Shown one piece after another: positions 43,501 through 53,168 of a stretch of 64,000 nt of DNA. Origin of the DNA: Candidatus Rokuibacteriota bacterium (GTDB lineage Bacteria > Methylomirabilota > Methylomirabilia > Rokubacteriales > CSP1-6); NCBI GenBank assembly GCA_003220535.1, contig QHSU01000087.1, forward strand, positions 3,273-67,272, written 5' to 3'. Position 1 is the stretch's first letter. Every line of letters starts with the position of its first letter. The notes under the pieces were generated by a model. That model saw only the letters and a list, made by a program, of their open reading frames with translations, made no database searches and had not been told where the DNA came from. A program made the position numbers and the translations under genes.

Positions 43501-44279
43501 TTCATCGCCCTCAAGGACTCTTCGCGGATCTCGCTCCAGAGCTTCGCGCGGAGCGCCACCATCTCGGCCGACTCCATCGACCGCGGGTAGTCCACCGCCA
43601 GCTCCAGCACCGACTTGATCCGTCCCGGGCGCGCCGTCATGACGGCGACACGGGTCGAGAGGAAGAGCGCCTCGTGCAGGCTGTGCGTCACGAAGATGAC
43701 GGTCTTGCGCGTGCGTCGCCAGATATCGAGGAGCCACTCGCCCATCAGGACGCGCGTCTGCTCGTCGAGCGCGCCGAAGGGCTCGTCCATCAGGAGGATC
43801 TTCGCGTCGAGCGCCAGCGCGCGCCCGATCGCCACGCGCTGCTTCATTCCGCCCGACAGCTCCCGCGGATACTTCTCGGCGAAGCCGGAGAGCCCGAGCG
43901 GGCCGAGCAGCTCGCTGGCCGTCCGGCGACGGCGCTCCGCCGGCACGCCCTGGAGCTCGAGGCCGAACGCGACGTTTTCCAGCGCGGTCCGCCACGGAAA
44001 GAGCCCCGCCTCCTGGAACACGGTCGCCGCGCGCCGCGGGTCCGGCCCCGTGACCGGCCCGCCGTCGACCGTCAGGCGGCCCTGGTCGGGCGTCACGAGC
44101 CCGCCGAGCATGCCGAGCAGCGTGGACTTGCCGCATCCCGACGGGCCGATGAGCGTGCAGAACTCACCTTCACCGACCGAGAGCGAGACGTCGTGCAGCG
44201 CCTCCACCGGGCCCGAGCTCGTGAGATAGCGCTTGGTGATGCCCTCGATGGCGATCAACTCACCTGATCGGGCGTTCAC
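43497..44279 (-). CDS. NitT/TauT-family ABC ATPase
   Basis: 260 aa. It has [24 protein letters not shown] and [11 protein letters not shown]. The GTG start overlaps the upstream ACAD stop (GTGA). Confidence 0.9.
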   Translation of the reverse strand: MNARSGELIAIEGITKRYLTSSGPVEALHDVSLSVGEGEFCTLIGPSGCGKSTLLGMLGGLVTPDQGRLTVDGGPVTGPDPRRAATVFQEAGLFPWRTALENVAFGLELQGVPAERRRRTASELLGPLGLSGFAEKYPRELSGGMKQRVAIGRALALDAKILLMDEPFGALDEQTRVLMGEWLLDIWRRTRKTVIFVTHSLHEALFLSTRVAVMTARPGRIKSVLELAVDYPRSMESAEMVALRAKLWSEIREESLRAMK

Positions 44280-45421
44280 GTGAGCTGGAGGATCTCCCGG
44301 GCGATGACCATGCGCTGGATCTCGGACGTCCCTTCACCGATCTCGGTCAGCTTCGCGTCGCGGAAGATGCGCTCGACCGGGAACTCCGTGATGTACCCGG
44401 CGCCACCGTGGAGCTGCACCGCCTTGGTCGCCGCCTTCATCGCCGTCTCGGAGGCGAAGAGCTTCGCCATCGCCGCCGCGTGCATCGCCGGCCGGCCCCG
44501 ATCTTTCAGGTACGCCGCACGTAACGTGAGCAGGCGTGCCACTTCGACCTCGGTGGCGACGTCGGCGATCATGCCCTGCAGCCCGTTGAACTCGGCGAGC
44601 GTGCGGCCGAACGCGGTGCGGTACCGCATGTACGCGACCGCCTGGTCGACCGCCGCCTGAGCGATTCCCACGCCCATCGCCGCCATCGCGATGCGTCCGC
44701 CCTCCAGCACGTTCATGGCCTGCACGAACCCGGTGCCCCGCTCGCCGATCACGTTGGCCGTGGGCACCCGGGCATCCTCGAAGATCAACTCGGCGGTGTC
44801 CGAGGCGTGCAGGCCGAGCTTGCGGTAGGGCTTCCCGCTGCTGAAGCCGGCCATGCCCTTCTCGAGGATGAAAGCCGAGATGCCCCTGGACTTCCGGTCC
44901 GGGTCGGTGCGGGCCATGACGACCACGGTGGAGGCGACCGACGCGTTGGTGATGAAGGCCTTGCTCCCGTTCAGGACCCACTCGCCGCCCCGGAGCTCGG
45001 CGCGCGTGGCGAGCGCGGCGGCGTCCGAGCCCGAGCCCGGCTCGGTGAGACCCCAGGCGCCCAGCACCTGGCCGCCGGCGAGCGACGGCAGGTATCGCCG
45101 CTTCTGCTCCGGCGACGCGAAGCTCGCGATGTGGTTGGCGCAGAGCGAGTTGTGCGCCCACATCGTGATGCCGACCGACGCGTCGCCGCGGCACAGCTCC
45201 TCGACGATGAGCGCGTAGGACACGTAGTCGAGCCCGGCGCCACCGAGCTCTTCGGGCACGAGGACGCCGAGGAAGCCGAGCGGCCCCAGCTTCGTCACGA
45301 TCTCGTGGGGAAACTCGTGGCGCTCGTCGTACGGGGCGATCTTGTCGCCGAGCTCGGCCCGGGCGAACTCGCGGGCGACGTCGCGGACCTGCTGCTGCTC
45401 GGAGGTCAGGTCGAAGTCCAC
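44276..45421 (-). CDS. acyl-CoA dehydrogenase (short/branched-chain type)
   Basis: 381 aa. It has [14 protein letters not shown] and [20 protein letters not shown]. Confidence 0.9.
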   Translation of the reverse strand: MDFDLTSEQQQVRDVAREFARAELGDKIAPYDERHEFPHEIVTKLGPLGFLGVLVPEELGGAGLDYVSYALIVEELCRGDASVGITMWAHNSLCANHIASFASPEQKRRYLPSLAGGQVLGAWGLTEPGSGSDAAALATRAELRGGEWVLNGSKAFITNASVASTVVVMARTDPDRKSRGISAFILEKGMAGFSSGKPYRKLGLHASDTAELIFEDARVPTANVIGERGTGFVQAMNVLEGGRIAMAAMGVGIAQAAVDQAVAYMRYRTAFGRTLAEFNGLQGMIADVATEVEVARLLTLRAAYLKDRGRPAMHAAAMAKLFASETAMKAATKAVQLHGGAGYITEFPVERIFRDAKLTEIGEGTSEIQRMVIAREILQLT

Positions 45422-45425
45422 GCGC

Positions 45426-45584
45426 CTAGCCTCGGGGGCCGCGTCGCGCGCCGCTCTTCTTCAGGTGCTTGAACATCTCGATCTGACGCAGGCGCTTCTC
45501 GGCTTCCGCCTTGGTGCCGTACGTGCCCAACCGCCGACCGGACTCCGACAGCACCACGTATTTCCCGCCGACCTTCTTGATCAT
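45426..45584 (-). CDS. unannotated small basic protein (52 aa)
   Basis: Below the ORF-track cut-off. ATG 45584 has a GAGGTG SD 7 nt upstream. The protein is [52 protein letters not shown]. The stop lies 4 nt before the next ATG, and third positions are G/C-rich. Confidence 0.5.
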   Translation of the reverse strand: MIKKVGGKYVVLSESGRRLGTYGTKAEAEKRLRQIEMFKHLKKSGARRGPRG

Positions 45585-45613
45585 CGAGAGTCACCTCACT
45601 TCGGGGCGCTGGT

Positions 45614-46018
45614 TCAGACCGCCGCGCGGATGTGCTCGCGGACGAAGCGGACGATGTCCTGGGTCGAGGTGCCGGGCGTGAAGAGCTCCTTGACCCCCAT
45701 CGCCTTGAGGGCGGCGACGTCCTCGGGCGGGATGATCCCGCCTCCGAAGACCGCGATGTCGCCCGCGCCCTGCTCGCCGAGCAGCTCGAGGACCCGCTGG
45801 AAGAGGTAGTTGTGGGCACCGGAGAGGACGGAGAGCCCGATGGCGTCGGCATCCTCCTGGATCGCGGTGGCGACGATCTGCTCGGGCGTCTGGTGGAGAC
45901 CGGTGTAGATCACCTCGAAGCCCGCGTCGCGCAGCGCCCGCGCGACGATCTTCGCCCCGCGGTCGTGGCCGTCGAGCCCCGGTTTGGCGACGACGACGCG
46001 GATCGAGCGTTCGGCCAT
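45614..46018 (-). CDS. icmB: B12-binding small subunit of an acyl-CoA mutase (IcmB-like)
   Basis: 134 aa. It has the [23 protein letters not shown] motif (DxHxxG cobalamin ligand motif) and a flavodoxin-like fold. The ATG overlaps the HIT gene stop by one nucleotide (TGATG). Confidence 0.8.
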   Translation of the reverse strand: MAERSIRVVVAKPGLDGHDRGAKIVARALRDAGFEVIYTGLHQTPEQIVATAIQEDADAIGLSVLSGAHNYLFQRVLELLGEQGAGDIAVFGGGIIPPEDVAALKAMGVKELFTPGTSTQDIVRFVREHIRAAV

Positions 46019-46440
46019 CAGGCGCCTCCTCCGAGCGCGGCGCGCAGCTTCTCGCCGACCTTCATGATCCGGTCGCGGTCACCGGGCACGAGCTTCCAGT
46101 CGAACCCCTTGCCGTCGTTGGTCCAGCGCGGGATCAGATGCAGGTGGAAGTGGGGCACCGACTGGAAGGCCGCCGGGCCGTTGGCCTGCAGTATGTTCAG
46201 GCCGTCGGGCTGGAGCGCCTTCCGCTGCGCCGTGGCGATACGCTTGGCGGTCGTGATCGCCGCCTGCAGGTCCGCCGGCTCGGCGTCGAAGATCGTCGCG
46301 GCGTGCGTCTTGGTGAGCACCAGGCAGTGGCCGGAGTTGAGCGGGTTGATGTCCATGATGCAGAGCGTCCGCTCGTCCTCGTAGAGCTTCAGCGAGGGGA
46401 TCTGGCCGTCGCGGATCTTGCAGAAGACGCAGTCGTTCAT
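46018..46440 (-). CDS. HIT-family hydrolase
   Basis: 140 aa. It has CVFCKI and the histidine triad HFHLHLIP. Confidence 0.85.
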   Translation of the reverse strand: MNDCVFCKIRDGQIPSLKLYEDERTLCIMDINPLNSGHCLVLTKTHAATIFDAEPADLQAAITTAKRIATAQRKALQPDGLNILQANGPAAFQSVPHFHLHLIPRWTNDGKGFDWKLVPGDRDRIMKVGEKLRAALGGGA

Positions 46441-46448
46441 CGGGGCGC

Positions 46449-47516
46449 CTAGACCGGAACCGTCCAGCCGCGGGTGTCCGGCGCCGTCCCGTACTGGATC
46501 CCGACGATCGCGTCGTAGAGCTTCTGGGTCAGCGGGCCGATCCTGCCTCGGTTGATCACGATCCGCTCGTTTTTGTACGCGAGCTCGCCGACGGGCGAGA
46601 TGACCGCGGCGGTCCCCGTGCCCCAGACCTCGTCGAGCGTCCCCTGGCGCGCGGCCGCGGCGACCTCATCGATCGTCACCGGGCGCTCGCTGACCCGGAG
46701 CCCCCACTCACGCATCAGCGTCAGGGCCGAGTCGCGGGTGACCCCGGCCAGGATGGTTCCGCTGAGCGGCGGCGTGACGACCTCGTCGCCGATTTTCAGC
46801 ATGATGTTCATCGTGCCCACTTCGTCGATGTACTTGCGCTCCCGGCCGTCGAGCCACAGCACCTGGGTGAACCCCGCGTGCTTCGCCTCCTCGGCGGCGT
46901 AGAGGGACGCCGCGTAGTTGACGCCGGTCTTCACGCCGCCCACCCCGCCCTCGACGGCGCGGACGTACTTGTCGACGACGAGGATCTTCACGGGATTCAT
47001 CCCCTCGGGGTAGTACGCGCCGACGGGCGACAGAATCACGTAGTAGATGTAGGACTTCGCCGGCCGAACGCCGAGAAAGGCCTCGCTCGCGATGATGGTC
47101 GGTCTGACGTAGAGGGACGTCCCCACCGTCGCCGGCACCCAGTCTTTCTCGATCCCGACGAGCATCACGAGCGACTTCAGCGCGAGCTCGGGATCGAGCG
47201 GCGGGATGCACAGGCGTCGGGACGACTGGATCAGCCGCTCCACGTGCTTCTGGGGCCGGAAGAGCCGGACCTTGCCGTCCCGGCCGCGGAAGGCCTTGAG
47301 GCCGTCGAACACCGCCTGGGCGTAGTGGAGCACCGCCGCCGCCGGGTCCAGCGGGAACGGCCCGTACGGCTCGACCCGGGGATCGTACCAGCCCTTCTCT
47401 TCCTGGAAGTCCATGACGAACATGTGGTCGGTGAACACGGTCCCGAACGACAGCTCGCTGTCCTTGGGCTTGGGCTTCTTGGTCGTCGCACGGCTGATCC
47501 GGATCGGCTCACTCAT
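46449..47516 (-). CDS. ilvE: branched-chain amino acid aminotransferase
   Basis: 355 aa. FGTVFTDHMF...DPAAAVLHYAQAVFDGLKAFR is typical of the long IlvE subclass (fold type IV). Confidence 0.9.
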   Translation of the reverse strand: MSEPIRISRATTKKPKPKDSELSFGTVFTDHMFVMDFQEEKGWYDPRVEPYGPFPLDPAAAVLHYAQAVFDGLKAFRGRDGKVRLFRPQKHVERLIQSSRRLCIPPLDPELALKSLVMLVGIEKDWVPATVGTSLYVRPTIIASEAFLGVRPAKSYIYYVILSPVGAYYPEGMNPVKILVVDKYVRAVEGGVGGVKTGVNYAASLYAAEEAKHAGFTQVLWLDGRERKYIDEVGTMNIMLKIGDEVVTPPLSGTILAGVTRDSALTLMREWGLRVSERPVTIDEVAAAARQGTLDEVWGTGTAAVISPVGELAYKNERIVINRGRIGPLTQKLYDAIVGIQYGTAPDTRGWTVPV

Positions 47517-47600
47517 CTCATCATCCTCTCACTGGAAGGAGTCCTGCCTGCGGAACACGTGCCGCAGGGACACTGCCTAAGCACCACACTTCCCTTCGCG

Positions 47601-47724
47601 GCGGCCGATCAAAACGACCCAGATGCTAGGCGGCGACTGAGAGCCCGACCGAGGCGTATGCCGCATACGCCGCAGGGAGGGCCGAAGGAGCCAACGACGC
47701 AGATGGGTCGTTTTCATCGGCCGC
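47601..47724 (-). other. structured intergenic element directly after icmA-like
   Basis: The 25-nt arms at 47601-47625 and 47700-47724 are complementary at 22/25 positions. They enclose 74 nt, including a GGCGTATG-CCG-CATACGCC hairpin (47653-47671). The region is locally less GC-rich and shares nothing with the six-copy family. Confidence 0.5.
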
Positions 47725-47728
47725 CCCC

Positions 47729-49348
47729 CTAGAAGATGATCGGCTCGCGGTACAGGCCGAACACCTGACGGTACACGTCCGAGATCTCGCCCAGGCTCAC
47801 GTAGTCCTTCACCGCGTCGATGAGCACCGGCATCACGTTGCGCTGCTCGCGGCACGCCTCGGCCAGCTGTTTGAGCCGCCGCTCGACCTTCGTCGTGTTG
47901 CGCGCCGCCTTGACGCGCCGCACGCGCTCGACCTGCTCGCGCTCGACCGCCGCGTCGATCTTGAGGTAGTTGATCGGGCGCTCCTCCGCCATCACGTACT
48001 TGTTGACGCCGACGACCACTTTTTCCCCACGATCTTCCGCGAGCTGGTAGCGGTACGCGGCGTCCGCGATCTCCCGCTGCGGGTAACCCGCGTCGATCGC
48101 GCGGATCACGCCCCCCATCGCGTCGATCCTCCGGATGTACTCGAGCGCGGCCGCCTCCATCTGGTCCGTGAGCGTCTCCAGGTAGTACGCGCCGCCGAGC
48201 GGGTCGATCGTCAGGGCGGCCCCGGACTCCTCGGCGATGATCTGCTGGGTCCTGAGCGCGACCGTCACCGCCTCTTCGGTCGGCAGCGCCCACGTCTCGT
48301 CGTACGAATTGGTGTGGAGCGACTGCGCGCCGCCCAGCACCGCCGCGAGCGCCTGCAGCGCCACGCGCGCGATGTTGTTGAGGGGCTGCTGGGCGGTCGC
48401 CGAGACGCCGGCCGTCTGGGTATGCGTCCGGAGCCGCATCGACTCGGGCTTCTTGGCGCCGAAGCGCTCCTTGAGGAAGCGCGCCCAGAGGCGCCGCGCC
48501 GCCCGGAGCTTGGCGATCTCCTCGAAGAAATCGTTGTGGATGTCGAAGAAGAAAGAGAGCCGCGGCGCGAAGCTGTCGATGTCGAGCCCGCGGGCGCACG
48601 CGGCCTCGACGTACCCGAGCCCGTCGGCCAGCGTGAACGCGAGCTCCTGCACCGCCGTCGCGCCCGCCTCCCGGATGTGGTAGCCCGAGATCGAGACCGG
48701 ATTGAAGCGCGGAACGTGCTTGGCGGTGAATTCGATCATGTCGACGACGATCCGCACGGCGGGCTCGGGCGGACAAATCCACTCTTTCTGCGCGACGAAC
48801 TCCTTGAGCATGTCGTTCTGCATCGTGCCGCCGACGCGATCCCACGCGACGCCCTGCTTTTCGGCGACCGCCAGGTACATGGCGAGCGCGACCGACGCCG
48901 TGCAGTTGATCGTCATCGACGTGGTGACGTCGCCGAGCGGAATGTCGGCGAACAGCCGCTCGAAATCGTCGAGCGTCGAGATCGACACGCCTTCCTTGCC
49001 GACCTCGCCGCGCGCGCGGGGATGGTCCGCGTCGTAGCCCATCAACGCCGGCATGTCGAACGCCGTCGACAGCCCGGTCTGGCCCTGTTCCAGGAGGTAC
49101 TTGAAGCGGGCGTTGGTGTCCTCGGGCCGCCCGAAGCCGGCGAACATTCGCATCGTCCAGAGCCGGCCCCGGTACATCGTCGGATAGACGCCGCGGGTGA
49201 ACGGATACTCGCCCGGGCGGCCAAGCTTCTCGTCGGGCGACCAGTCGCGGAGGCTCTCGGGCGTGTAGAGCGGCTCGATCGGGATACCCGATAGGGTCTC
49301 GAAGCGCACCGGTCGCTCGGGCCGGCGCTCAGGCTCGGTCATGGCCAC
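47729..49348 (-). CDS. icmA: acyl-CoA mutase large (substrate-binding) subunit, isobutyryl-CoA-mutase-like
   Basis: 539 aa. It has [26 protein letters not shown] and [18 protein letters not shown]. Phe and Gln sit where methylmalonyl-CoA mutase has Tyr89 and Arg207. Confidence 0.8.
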   Translation of the reverse strand: MAMTEPERRPERPVRFETLSGIPIEPLYTPESLRDWSPDEKLGRPGEYPFTRGVYPTMYRGRLWTMRMFAGFGRPEDTNARFKYLLEQGQTGLSTAFDMPALMGYDADHPRARGEVGKEGVSISTLDDFERLFADIPLGDVTTSMTINCTASVALAMYLAVAEKQGVAWDRVGGTMQNDMLKEFVAQKEWICPPEPAVRIVVDMIEFTAKHVPRFNPVSISGYHIREAGATAVQELAFTLADGLGYVEAACARGLDIDSFAPRLSFFFDIHNDFFEEIAKLRAARRLWARFLKERFGAKKPESMRLRTHTQTAGVSATAQQPLNNIARVALQALAAVLGGAQSLHTNSYDETWALPTEEAVTVALRTQQIIAEESGAALTIDPLGGAYYLETLTDQMEAAALEYIRRIDAMGGVIRAIDAGYPQREIADAAYRYQLAEDRGEKVVVGVNKYVMAEERPINYLKIDAAVEREQVERVRRVKAARNTTKVERRLKQLAEACREQRNVMPVLIDAVKDYVSLGEISDVYRQVFGLYREPIIF

Positions 49349-50486
49349 CTCGCAAGAGGTCCCGCCCGATCACGAGTTTCTGGATCTGTGACGTTCCCTC
49401 GTAGAGTTGCGTGATCTTCGCGTCGCGGAACGCGCGCTCGACCTCGTACTCCTTGATGAACCCGTACCCGCCGTGGACCTGGATCGCATCCGTCGTCACC
49501 TTCATCGCCGTCTCGGCAGCGAAGAGCTTGGCCATCGCGGCGGCGGTCGCGTACGGGCGGCCGGCGTCCTTGAGGAAGGCCGCCCGCAAGGTCAGGAGCC
49601 GGGCGCCGTCGATCGCCACCGCCATGTCGGCCAGCATCCACTGGACCATTTGGTGCTCGCCGATCGGCACCCCGAACGCCTTCCGGTCCCGGGCGTACGC
49701 CACCGAGCGCTCGTACGCGCCCGCGGCGATCCCGAGCGCCTGGGCCGCGATCCCGATCCGCCCCGCGTCGATCGCCGACATGGCGATCTTGAAGCCTTGC
49801 CCTTCCTCGCCCAGGCGGTTGGCCCGCGGGACGCGGCAGTCGTCGAAGACCAGCTCGGCGGTGTCGGAGGCCCGGATGCCGAGCTTGTCCTCCGTCTTGG
49901 CCACCGTGAAGCCGCGCGTGCCCTTCTCGATGACGAAGGCCGAGATGCCGCGATGCCCCTTGGCGCGGTCGGTCTGGCAGAAGACCAGGGCGAAGGCGGC
50001 CTCGCGGCCGGTGGTGATGAAGCGCTTGCGACCGTTGACCACGTAGTCCTCGCCGTCGAGGACCGCGAGCGTCGCCTGGTTCGTCGCGTCCGAGCCGGCC
50101 TGGGGCTCCGTGAGTGCGAAGCATCCCTGGGCGTGGCCGGAGGCGACCGGTCGCAAGAACCGCTGGCACTGGGCATCGGTGCCGTACTGGGCCAGCGGGG
50201 CGCCGTAGAGCGAGTTGTTGACCGACATGATGACGGCGTGGCTCGCGCACGCCCTGGCGATTTCCTCGAGGGCCACGACGTACGACACGGTATCGGCGCC
50301 GCTCCCGCCCCACGCTTCGGGGATCGTGATCCCCATGAAGCCGAGCTCACCCATGCGCTTGACCGTCTCGTGCGGGAAGCGCGCCTCCCGATCGATCTCG
50401 GCGGCGATGGGCCTGATCTGAGAGTCGGCGAACTCCCGCGCCGTCGCCTGGATCATCTGCTGCTCGGGGGTGAGGTCGAGCCGCAT
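49329..50486 (-). CDS. acyl-CoA dehydrogenase
   Basis: Trimmed from the 657-aa track ORF to ATG 50486 ([13 protein letters not shown]...); 385 aa. The ATG overlaps the etfA TAA by one nucleotide. It has LTEPQAGSD and [17 protein letters not shown]. Confidence 0.9.
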   Translation of the reverse strand: MRLDLTPEQQMIQATAREFADSQIRPIAAEIDREARFPHETVKRMGELGFMGITIPEAWGGSGADTVSYVVALEEIARACASHAVIMSVNNSLYGAPLAQYGTDAQCQRFLRPVASGHAQGCFALTEPQAGSDATNQATLAVLDGEDYVVNGRKRFITTGREAAFALVFCQTDRAKGHRGISAFVIEKGTRGFTVAKTEDKLGIRASDTAELVFDDCRVPRANRLGEEGQGFKIAMSAIDAGRIGIAAQALGIAAGAYERSVAYARDRKAFGVPIGEHQMVQWMLADMAVAIDGARLLTLRAAFLKDAGRPYATAAAMAKLFAAETAMKVTTDAIQVHGGYGFIKEYEVERAFRDAKITQLYEGTSQIQKLVIGRDLLRGGHDRA

Positions 50487-51466
50487 TACTTCTCCAAGAG
50501 TTTCTTGAACTCTTTCGTGAGCTCGGGCACGACCTCGAAGAGGTCGGCGACGATCCCGAAGTCGGCGATCTTGAAGATCGGCGCCTCCGGGTCCTTGTTG
50601 ACGGCGACGATGACCTTCGAGGTCCGCATCCCGGCCAGGTGCTGGATCGCGCCCGAGACGCCGAAGCCGAGATAGAGCTTGGGTGAGATCGTTCGACCGG
50701 TCTGGCCGATCTGGAACCGGTGCGGCCGCCAGCCGGCGTCGACCGCGGCGCGCGAGGCGCCCACCGCGGCGCCGATGACCCGGCCCAGCTCTTCGAGAAT
50801 CACGTAGTTCTCCGGCCCCTTCATTCCGCGTCCGCCCGAGATGACGGTTTCCGCCTCGGTCAGCTCGGGAAGGCCGGTGGAGACTTCCTCGCGCCGCTCG
50901 ACGAACTTCATCTGAGCGCCGGGAGTCGCCACGGTCGGTCGCTCGACCGGCGCCGTTTTTCCCGGCTGGGAATCGGCGGGGCGAAACACGTTGGGTCGAA
51001 GCGTCGCGACCCACGGGGTCTTCGCCCACGTCACCTTCGAGAGCAGCTTGCCCGCGTAGACCGGGCGGGTCGCGACGAGCTTGTCGCCTTCCAGGGCGAA
51101 CCGGACCGAGTCGGCCGCGAGCCCGACGCCGAGCCGCGCGGCGAGCCGGGCCACGAACTCGCGCTGGCGGCTCGTGACGGGCGCGAAGATCGCCTGCGGG
51201 GCTTCCTTGGCGGCGAGCTCGGCGGCGGCGGCCACCCAGACCTCGCTGCGGTAGGGCGCGAACGCCGCGTTCTCGAGCAGCAGCACCCGCGCGGCCCCCC
51301 ATTCACCCAGCTGCTTCAGTCCCGCCTCGCTGGCCTTGTCGGTGAGCCAGACAGCCTCGACCCGCCCCGGGACCAGCCGCGACGCTTCACCGATGACTTC
51401 GGCCATGACTTTCTTCGGCGCGCCGTTTCGGTCGTCTTCGACGATGCACCAGAACGCGTTGGGCAT
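50486..51466 (-). CDS. etfA: electron transfer flavoprotein alpha subunit
   Basis: 326 aa with the C-terminal FAD-binding region ...QIGQTGRTISPKLYLGFGVSGAIQHLAGM... Confidence 0.9.
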   Translation of the reverse strand: MPNAFWCIVEDDRNGAPKKVMAEVIGEASRLVPGRVEAVWLTDKASEAGLKQLGEWGAARVLLLENAAFAPYRSEVWVAAAAELAAKEAPQAIFAPVTSRQREFVARLAARLGVGLAADSVRFALEGDKLVATRPVYAGKLLSKVTWAKTPWVATLRPNVFRPADSQPGKTAPVERPTVATPGAQMKFVERREEVSTGLPELTEAETVISGGRGMKGPENYVILEELGRVIGAAVGASRAAVDAGWRPHRFQIGQTGRTISPKLYLGFGVSGAIQHLAGMRTSKVIVAVNKDPEAPIFKIADFGIVADLFEVVPELTKEFKKLLEK

Positions 51467-51484
51467 GATGTCCTCTCGACTCCC

Positions 51485-52264
51485 CTAAATCGCTTTGGCG
51501 TCTTCGCGCAGAGCGCGGACGAGCTCCTTCACCGCCGTGGGCACGTCACCCTGGATGACGCGCCCCGGAGGACGCGGCGGCAGCGCCTCGAGCCCGACGA
51601 CCGAGAGCTGCGGCGGCTCGGACACCCACCCGATGTCGGCTGCCTTGACGTCTTTGATCTCCTTCTTCTTGGCGCCCATGATGCCCTTCAGCGTCGGGTA
51701 GCGGGGCTCGTTGAGCCCCTTTTGCGCGGCGAGGACCGCGGGCAGCGGGAGGTCGAAGACCTCGAGCCCGCCCTCGACCTGGCGGGCAGCGCGGACGGAC
51801 TTTCCGTCGGCGTCGATCGCTTCCTCCATGATCCAGTAGGCGCACGGCCAGCCGAGCAGCTCGGCCAGCTGCGCCGTCACGGCGCCCATGTCGTCGTCGA
51901 TCGCCTGCCGGCCGCAGAGCACGAGCTCGGGCCCCTCCTGCTTGACGACCGCGGCGAGCGCCTTCGCCGTCGCGAGCGTGTCGGCCGCTGCCCAGACGGC
52001 GTCGTTGAGGTGGATCGCGCGATCGCATCCCATCGCCAGGCACGAGCGGAGCGTCTCTTTCACCCGATCGGGGCCGAGCGACACCGCCACGACCTCACCC
52101 TGGCCGCGCTTCTCCTTGATACGCAGCGCCTCCTCGACGGCGAACTCGTCGTAGGGGGAGACGATCCACGTGATACCCGTGGTGTCGATGGTCTTTCCGT
52201 CGGCCGCGATCTTCACCTGGGTCGCCGTGTCGGGCACCTGCTTGACGGTGACGAGGATCTTCAT
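51485..52264 (-). CDS. etfB: electron transfer flavoprotein beta subunit
   Basis: Trimmed to ATG 52264 (MKILVTVKQVPD...) with a GAAGGAG SD; 259 aa. The ATG overlaps the gntR-type stop (ATGA). Confidence 0.9.
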   Translation of the reverse strand: MKILVTVKQVPDTATQVKIAADGKTIDTTGITWIVSPYDEFAVEEALRIKEKRGQGEVVAVSLGPDRVKETLRSCLAMGCDRAIHLNDAVWAAADTLATAKALAAVVKQEGPELVLCGRQAIDDDMGAVTAQLAELLGWPCAYWIMEEAIDADGKSVRAARQVEGGLEVFDLPLPAVLAAQKGLNEPRYPTLKGIMGAKKKEIKDVKAADIGWVSEPPQLSVVGLEALPPRPPGRVIQGDVPTAVKELVRALREDAKAI

Positions 52265-53019
52265 GACGTCGCTCCTTCGTAGTGGAGTTCGCGGGTGATT
52301 CGGAAGCGGTCGCCCGGGATGAAGACGCGATCGAAGACGACCGGCGCGCCGCCGGCGTCGTACGAGATGCGCTCGGACTCGAACGCCGGCTCGCCGGCGC
52401 GGCACCCGAGCTCGCGCGCCTCCCGACGGCCGAGCCGCACCGCCGAGACGGTCTCACGCGCGCGCGTGATGACGACGCCGAGCTTGAACTCGAGGACCTG
52501 GTGGAGCGGCGTCGATGCGAGATCGGCGCGCACCACCTCGTCGCCGAGCGGCAACGGCAGGAACGACCGCTGCAGGCTCATCGGGTGGTCGTCGACCAGC
52601 CGCAGCCGCTCGAGCACGAGCACGCGCCCCCGGGCCGGCAGCTTCAGCGCTTCCGCGACGCGCCGGTCGGCCACCGCGAAGGGCGTCCCCAGGAGCCGCG
52701 TCGCGACGTGCTCGCCCTTGGCGGTGAGGTCGCCGGCGAACCGGCGGAGCTGGAGGATGTCGTAGTCGATCGAGGGCGCGGCGACGAACGTCCCGAGCCC
52801 GTGACGGCGCGTGATGAGGTGCTCACGCTCGAGCAGCTCGAGCGCCTGGCGCAGCGTCATGAGCGTGACCCCGAAGCTCCTCGCGAGTTGGCGCTGGTTG
52901 TCGAGGCGCGCGCCGGGCGGCAGCTCGCCGTCCTGGATCCGCTCGCGTAGCGCTTCGGCGATGCGGTGGTAGCGCGGCACGCGACCGTTGAGCTTTCCGT
53001 TGGTCCCGACGCCGTTCAT
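52261..53019 (-). CDS. GntR-family transcriptional regulator (HutC/UTRA-type)
   Basis: 252 aa. It has an N-terminal winged HTH (YHRIAEALRERIQDGELPPGARLDNQRQLARSFGVTLMTLRQALELLEREHLI) and a C-terminal effector domain. Confidence 0.85.
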   Translation of the reverse strand: MNGVGTNGKLNGRVPRYHRIAEALRERIQDGELPPGARLDNQRQLARSFGVTLMTLRQALELLEREHLITRRHGLGTFVAAPSIDYDILQLRRFAGDLTAKGEHVATRLLGTPFAVADRRVAEALKLPARGRVLVLERLRLVDDHPMSLQRSFLPLPLGDEVVRADLASTPLHQVLEFKLGVVITRARETVSAVRLGRREARELGCRAGEPAFESERISYDAGGAPVVFDRVFIPGDRFRITRELHYEGATS

Positions 53020-53040
53020 AGAACCTCAGTGTTCTAGAAC
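53020..53040. promoter_or_regulatory. candidate GntR operator
   Basis: AGAAC-CTCAGT-GTTCTAGAAC contains the perfect 10-bp palindrome GTTCTAGAAC (53031-53040), 12-21 nt upstream of the regulator ATG. The patch is AT-richer and fits the generic GT-N-AC symmetry of GntR sites. Confidence 0.4.
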
Positions 53041-53168
53041 TCTCTCGCGCGACTCAGGTCGCGGAAGCGCCGTCCACGGGGAAGAAACAGCAACGTCGAA
53101 GGGAACTTGAGCGCGCCGCGACGCCTTATCCTATCACCTTCTGACGGCGGTGTCGTCCGAAGTCGCGC

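Noticed and set aside
47517-47728. Cobalamin riboswitch next to the B12-dependent mutase genes
   Set aside because: I found no B12-box (GCCACTG-like) or other riboswitch core on either strand. The element lies downstream of icmA rather than in a 5' leader. It is kept only as an unassigned structured spacer.
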